A program made the translations under genes and the position numbers. Below, piece by piece: positions 59,023 through 64,000 of a stretch of DNA of 64,000 nucleotides. How positions within the stretch are numbered: the first letter of the stretch is position 1; each line of letters starts with the position of its first letter. The stretch lies in contig OZ245046.1 in assembly GCA_965224245.1 (NCBI GenBank), positions 2,592,001 through 2,656,000 of the forward strand. Reading direction: 5' to 3'. This stretch comes from Candidatus Eiseniibacteriota bacterium. GTDB taxonomy: Bacteria; Eisenbacteria; RBG-16-71-46; CAZAMP01. The notes beneath the pieces are model-generated. The model worked only from the letters and a program-made list of their open reading frames with translations. It ran no database searches and was not told the DNA's origin.

Positions 59023-61998
59023 TCACGCGGCCTCCGGTCGGTCGACGTCGTTGAGCGCGTCGTGGAAGCGCTGGACCTCGACCTCCAGCACCGGAAGCTG
59101 GAGCCGGGCCGCGTCGAAGCCCCGCTCGCGGCACGTCGACTCGAACTGTCTGGCCGCGTCGAACGCGCGAACGGCTCCGAGGTTGGCCAGGTTGCCCTTC
59201 AGCGTGTGCGCGGCGCGGACCAGCACCTCGCGGTCCTCGCGTGCGAGCGCGTCGTGTATCTGTCCGACCAGATCGGCACGAACCGAGTCGAACATCCCGA
59301 TCATGTCGGCCAGGAGCTCGTGGTCTCCCTCGACGCGCTCGAAGAGGCCCGCTCGATCGATCACCTCGTCGCGAAGCGGCGGCGGCTCGGGCTCGGGCTC
59401 GGGCTCCGGCTCGGCGGCGCACGGCTCCTCCGGCACTCGCGCGAGCGCGGCCATGTGTCCCAGCAGCGTGTCCGCCTCGATCGGCTTGGACACGTAGACG
59501 TCCATGCCCGCTTCGAGGCACGCCTCGCGATCCCCCTTCATGGCGTTCGCGGTCAGCGCGACGATGGGAACGCGCGACGTCCCGGCGGCCTCACGGCTCC
59601 GGATGGTTCGAGCGGCCTCGAGTCCGCTCATCTCGGGCATCATGACGTCCATCAGCACGATGTCGAACCTGCCGCTGGCCCACATGTCGACGGCCTCACG
59701 ACCGTTGCCCGCGACCTCGACCGCGTAGCCGCGCTTCTCGAGAAGTCGCACCGCGAGCTTCTGGTTGATCGCGTTGTCCTCGGCGAGCAGCACCCAGACG
59801 CGATGATCGGCCGACTGGCGCCCGAACGCCGGCCCCGGCGCCGCCGGGTCTCGGCGGTGAGCCTTCGCTTCCGTCGCGTCGCGAGTCTCGTTCCCCGCGA
59901 GGTGAGCCTCCTCCGGCTCCGCGTGGGCCTCTGCCGCCGGCTCCTCATTGGCGTCTGCCTGCTCCGCGTGGGCCTCTGCCGGCGCCACGTCGGCGCGCTC
60001 GGGCGTTTCGCCGAGCTCGCCGGATGCGGTCCCGGACCGACCCGCTGGTCCCATGAGCTCGCTGACGACCGTCGCCAGCCTCGCCAGCTCGGTCGGCCGA
60101 CACAGACACGCCGCCGCCCCGAGGTGCTGCAGATCCGACAGCTCGGTGCGGGAGGCGGTCGCCGGGACGACGACCACGCAGGGCACGTGCCGCGCTCCCC
60201 CGACGAGCGCGGCCCGGATCGAGTCGCCCCCCGCGGCGAAGAGCCCCCCGTCCACGACGGCGAGATCGACCGGATGCCCCGCCCCGAGCCCGGCATCCGC
60301 ACCGCCGGCGTCCGACGCAGCGGCCGCGGCCTCCTCCACCGACGCGGTGGCCACGGTCTCCACTCCGAGCCGATCGAACAGATCCACGAGAGCGCGCAGG
60401 CTGCTCGCATCCGGATCCACCACCAGCGCGCGGAGACCGGCCACGTCGGGCAGCGACCTGGGCTCGGCGGTGCCCTCGAGGACCTTGCCCACGCGCACGG
60501 TGAAGTGGAAGACGCTTCCGATCCCCATCGTGCTCTCGACCCACATCTGTCCGTCCATCAGCTTCACGAGCTGGTTGGAGATCGTCAGGCCGAGCCCCGT
60601 TCCCCCGTAGCGACGGCTCGTCGACCCGTCGGCCTGGGTGAAGGCGTCGAAGATGAGCGCCCGACGACCCTCGGGGATGCCCGGTCCCGTATCGATCACG
60701 GCGATGTGCAGCATCATGTCGCCGTCGCCGTCGCTGGCCACCGAGACGCGGATCGAGACGCGTCCGGAGTCGGTGAACTTGACCCCGTTGCCTACCAGGT
60801 TCACGAGAATCTGACGGAGGCGACCGTGGTCGCCGATCATGCTGGCCGGCACCGCCGGGTCGATCTCGTACGTGAGCTCCAGATCCTTCTCGTGCGCGCG
60901 CAGCAGGAGCGTCTTGACCACGTCCTTCAGGAGATCCTCGAGAACGAAGGGCTCGGGATCCAGATCCAGCTTGCCGGCATCGATCTTCGAGAAGTCCAGG
61001 ATGTCGTTGATGATCTTCAAGAGCGCGTCGGCCGACGACTTGACGATCCCCAGATACTCGCGGGGCTCGTCGGAGAGGTCGCTACCCAGCGCCAGCTCGG
61101 TCATCCCGATGATGCCGTTCATCGGTGTGCGGATCTCGTGGCTCATGTTGGCCAGGAACTCGCTCTTGGCGTGGGCGGCGGCCTCGGCGCGCTCCTTCTC
61201 GGCGACAAGGCTGCGGTTCATGGCCGTCAGCTGCGCGGTGCGTTGCGCGACGATGTCGTCCACGCGTTCCCGCTCCTCGTCGAGCGCGAGTTCGCGGCGC
61301 CGCACCAGCCCGATGACCTCGTTGAACGCGTCCACGACGCGCTCCATCTCGTCACGCGCTCGTCGGCCGGGGGCGTTTCCGCCCTCACCGGCGATCACCT
61401 GGGCCGACGTCCGCGCCAGCTGTCGCAGCGGACGCAGGATGCGCGTCCGGATGGGGAGCGTCGCCACGAGCGCGCAGGCCACGATGACCCATCCGCCGGC
61501 CAGGTGAAGGAGTGCGCCGGCGAGCACGTGCGCCGTGCCCGAGTCACGATCTCGCACCACCACGAGATAGCCCGTTCGATTCCCATCGAGCGCGACCGGG
61601 TGGTAGCACTCCAGGCGCCCGTCCGCGGTCGTGACCCGTGGCTCGTCTCCGATGGCCAGCGGGACGTTGATCGCCGTCACGGCACCGGCATCCCGCACGT
61701 ACGTGGCCACCCGGTTCCAGGACAGGTCGAAGAGCGACGCCGAGACGACCCGCCGGTCCACGCGCATCCCCTCGAGCATCGGACGCGCGTCGGCTCCGCG
61801 ACCTTCGGCCAGGAAGCCGGCGGCGGCGACCGACAGCATGCGCCCCTCGCGCACGACCGAGTCGTGCTCGTGGGCCCGAGCCGCCCGAAGCTCCGAGACG
61901 GTATCGGCGGTGACGGCGGCGGTCACGGCCAGGAGCCCCGCCACCCCGGCCATCAGCGTCAGCTTCCTGTCGAATGGGATTCGATCGAAGAGGTCCAT
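59023..61998 (-). CDS. Unorthodox hybrid histidine kinase (periplasmic sensor, HAMP-like, HisKA, HATPase, pseudo-REC, REC, Hpt)
   Basis: [38 protein letters not shown], Hpt AAHTLKG. Confidence 0.93.
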   Translation of the reverse strand: MDLFDRIPFDRKLTLMAGVAGLLAVTAAVTADTVSELRAARAHEHDSVVREGRMLSVAAAGFLAEGRGADARPMLEGMRVDRRVVSASLFDLSWNRVATYVRDAGAVTAINVPLAIGDEPRVTTADGRLECYHPVALDGNRTGYLVVVRDRDSGTAHVLAGALLHLAGGWVIVACALVATLPIRTRILRPLRQLARTSAQVIAGEGGNAPGRRARDEMERVVDAFNEVIGLVRRRELALDEERERVDDIVAQRTAQLTAMNRSLVAEKERAEAAAHAKSEFLANMSHEIRTPMNGIIGMTELALGSDLSDEPREYLGIVKSSADALLKIINDILDFSKIDAGKLDLDPEPFVLEDLLKDVVKTLLLRAHEKDLELTYEIDPAVPASMIGDHGRLRQILVNLVGNGVKFTDSGRVSIRVSVASDGDGDMMLHIAVIDTGPGIPEGRRALIFDAFTQADGSTSRRYGGTGLGLTISNQLVKLMDGQMWVESTMGIGSVFHFTVRVGKVLEGTAEPRSLPDVAGLRALVVDPDASSLRALVDLFDRLGVETVATASVEEAAAAASDAGGADAGLGAGHPVDLAVVDGGLFAAGGDSIRAALVGGARHVPCVVVVPATASRTELSDLQHLGAAACLCRPTELARLATVVSELMGPAGRSGTASGELGETPERADVAPAEAHAEQADANEEPAAEAHAEPEEAHLAGNETRDATEAKAHRRDPAAPGPAFGRQSADHRVWVLLAEDNAINQKLAVRLLEKRGYAVEVAGNGREAVDMWASGRFDIVLMDVMMPEMSGLEAARTIRSREAAGTSRVPIVALTANAMKGDREACLEAGMDVYVSKPIEADTLLGHMAALARVPEEPCAAEPEPEPEPEPPPLRDEVIDRAGLFERVEGDHELLADMIGMFDSVRADLVGQIHDALAREDREVLVRAAHTLKGNLANLGAVRAFDAARQFESTCRERGFDAARLQLPVLEVEVQRFHDALNDVDRPEAA
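59916..59981. repeat. 21-bp direct repeat (45-bp period) in the kinase linker
   Basis: GCTCCGCGTGGGCCTCTGCCG at 59916 and 59961; encodes AEAHAE twice. Confidence 0.75.
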
Positions 61999-62072
61999 AT
62001 GGCCGTCGGGTGCCTTTCTGGGCGGGACGGGGTACCGGTCCTCTTCTTGGTCGACGCGTTCGTCCGGAAACG

Positions 62073-62933
62073 TTAGGTGGGACCGGCGCCCGGGGCCGTG
62101 GGGGCGACCCGAGCCGGCGCCAGCGCCCGGATGCTGGCGTGCGTCAGCGCGAAGTCGTACCGGACGGGATCAGACGGACGGATTCGGCGGAAACCGGCCG
62201 TCACCTCCTCCGCCGTCCGGAGCCCTCCACTGCGCCGGCGGGTCAGGCCGAGCCGCCGGACCACGCGCTGCATGTGCGTGTCCAGGGGCACGATCAGCCG
62301 GCGCGGCCCCATCCCCGAGGCACGCACGATGCCGGCCCAGGTGCCGGGATCGACCGAGTCTTCCCGGAGCATCCAGCGCAGGAACAGGAACGTGCGCTTG
62401 CACGCGCTGCCGTCCGCCGGCGAGGGCAGGAGCCCGAAGGTGCCCCGAGCCCGATCGGGCAGGATCTCGGCGATCCAGGCCGTCGCGGGTGCGATCACGT
62501 CGCGCTGTCCGGGACGGACGTGAGCGAGGAACGCGTGCCCGAGCGAGCCGTGTCGGCGCCGCGCTCGCCGCACCCCGATCAGGAGCGCGGCCAGCTCGCG
62601 ACCGGTCGTGAACCGATGGCGAAACGGTGCGTAGATCCCGCGGATCCGCGCCGGTGTCAGGTCGTCGAGTGCGGCGGCCGGGTGGTCGCCCAGCGGCGCC
62701 AGCGCGCGGCCGACACTGGCGCGAATCTGGGCCAGCCGGCCGTAGGCGAGCACGGCCGCGATCAGCCCCACGACCTCCTGGTCCTCGGCTCGTTCGCAGC
62801 GGTGCACGAACGCGACCGGATCGTCCGCCGCCACCGCCGGATCGTCGAAGCGGTGGTAGAGACGCTCCAGCCGCCGCCGGAGTCGCGAGAGCTCGCGACC
62901 CGCGGACAGCCCCCCGGACGCTCCGGACGTCAT
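62073..62933 (-). CDS. TIGR02757 / DUF2400 family protein
   Basis: [38 protein letters not shown]. Confidence 0.9.
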   Translation of the reverse strand: MTSGASGGLSAGRELSRLRRRLERLYHRFDDPAVAADDPVAFVHRCERAEDQEVVGLIAAVLAYGRLAQIRASVGRALAPLGDHPAAALDDLTPARIRGIYAPFRHRFTTGRELAALLIGVRRARRRHGSLGHAFLAHVRPGQRDVIAPATAWIAEILPDRARGTFGLLPSPADGSACKRTFLFLRWMLREDSVDPGTWAGIVRASGMGPRRLIVPLDTHMQRVVRRLGLTRRRSGGLRTAEEVTAGFRRIRPSDPVRYDFALTHASIRALAPARVAPTAPGAGPT

Positions 62934-63997
62934 GGCGCCCGGGTGTCCGGCGTGGCCGCACCGCGGCCCGTCGAGTCGGCGCCGGGCGGCACCGGCGGCG
63001 GGGTCTCGACCGACGTCCCGGACGGCGGTGCGGGGTCGCCGCCCGCGCCGCGCCGGGAGGCGGACAGGTAGGCCACGATCGTGGCGCCCTCGTCGTCGGT
63101 GATGAACGCCTTGCCCGCGAGGCGCTGCATGCGCCGTATGGTCGTCGCCCACCAGAGCGGATCGGCGTCGGGATGCACGTACGTGCGATCGAGGGTGTGA
63201 CAGCGGATGCAGCGCGTCTCCACGAGCGCCTGCCCGCCGGCGGGATCCCCGCCCAGAAGGGCCGGCACCGCCCGGGCGAACACGTCCTCCAGGAGCTGTC
63301 GATCGACCGGCGCCCCGAACTGCCCCCGGATGAGATGATGCTGCGCCAGCCCGTGCTTCCCGAGCATCTCGTAGGCGCGGGCCAGCTGCTTGTGCGCGTC
63401 CGAGAAGCGCGGATACGTCTCCACGATGGGCGTCAGGACCTCGATCACGCCGTTCCAGTCCTGATCGGACACCCGCAGCCGCGACTCCCCGAGCGCGGCC
63501 AGGGGATCGGTCGGATCCGAGAGGTAGGCGCGGTGTGCGACGACCTTGCCCGCCTCGATCTCACCGAGCTTCATCAAAATCGTCCCCAGCCTGGCCAGCA
63601 CGTCGGGGTCGGTGGGAGCGAGCACGCTCGCACGCCGGTACGCCGCCTTCGCCAGGTCCCACCGGCCCGCCGCGTCGGCCGCCACGGCCTTCAGGTAGGG
63701 CCATCGCCAGTCCTCGGAATCGCGCTCGATCACGAGCGCGTACACCGTCGCCGCGAGGTCGTCGAACTGATGCGCGTGCAGCGTCATCGCGAGCTCGGCC
63801 AGCGCCTCGACGTCGCGAGGGTGGGCGAGCGCGGCCTCGTACGCCGACGTCATCCGCGCGATCGTGGCGGCGTTGTGCCCGGTCAGGATCGGAAGGTCGG
63901 GGAGCCTGCGCCTCGCAGCGTCGTCGGCCAGCGCGCAGCCGAGACCGACGGCGACCGCCGACAGGAGTGCGATCCGGTGGAGACATGGCCACCTCAT
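62930..63997 (-). CDS. TPR-repeat exported protein with C-terminal mono-haem cytochrome c motif
   Basis: Signal/lipobox-like leader (VGLGC), TPR-like helices, CIRCH followed by WATTIRRM; the start may lie beyond the window edge. Confidence 0.7.
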   Translation of the reverse strand: MRWPCLHRIALLSAVAVGLGCALADDAARRRLPDLPILTGHNAATIARMTSAYEAALAHPRDVEALAELAMTLHAHQFDDLAATVYALVIERDSEDWRWPYLKAVAADAAGRWDLAKAAYRRASVLAPTDPDVLARLGTILMKLGEIEAGKVVAHRAYLSDPTDPLAALGESRLRVSDQDWNGVIEVLTPIVETYPRFSDAHKQLARAYEMLGKHGLAQHHLIRGQFGAPVDRQLLEDVFARAVPALLGGDPAGGQALVETRCIRCHTLDRTYVHPDADPLWWATTIRRMQRLAGKAFITDDEGATIVAYLSASRRGAGGDPAPPSGTSVETPPPVPPGADSTGRGAATPDTRAP

Positions 63998-64000
63998 GGA

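Noticed and set aside
1..64000. Transposase, integrase, prophage, tRNA or rRNA genes
   Set aside because: No recognisable motifs, terminal repeats or cloverleaf structures were found by eye.

Overview
A very GC-rich, gene-dense chromosomal segment from a diderm bacterium (it encodes a porin and several outer-membrane beta-barrel proteins). I see no rRNA, tRNA, CRISPR array or mobile element. Recognisable blocks, left to right: pabB-pabC; a complete Na+-NQR cluster (nqrABCDEF-apbE-nqrM); a GH13 hydrolase; a Bax/GH73-like protein plus polysaccharide deacetylase; a REC-GGEEF diguanylate cyclase; ilvE and a rhomboid protease; and a phosphate locus (phoB-phoR-porin-pstS-pstC-pstA-pstB-phoU) followed by a degenerate YchF paralogue and a cysteine desulfurase. 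Further right are an M20 amidohydrolase, several outer-membrane or lipoprotein hypotheticals, an SppA with a large N-terminal extension coupled to a DUF1028-TPR protein, GH26, topA, a phosphotransferase and metG. The last third holds a glutamate-cysteine-ligase/CBS + bacilliredoxin + small Sm-like gene trio, a five-gene coupled AttEFGH-like ABC/AttH/GT-C/DUF547 operon, two hybrid histidine kinases, a TIGR02757 protein and a TPR-cytochrome c. The most interesting signals are a ~150-nt G.U-rich minus-strand hairpin at the left edge, four 11-bp-period Pho-box-like arrays (one inverted in front of phoU), the putative thiol module, the Att-like operon and a multi-hairpin topA leader. Protein calls come from recognising motifs by eye, not from database searches. 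Many start codons were moved from the ORF track using RBS and stop/start overlap evidence, and remain approximate.
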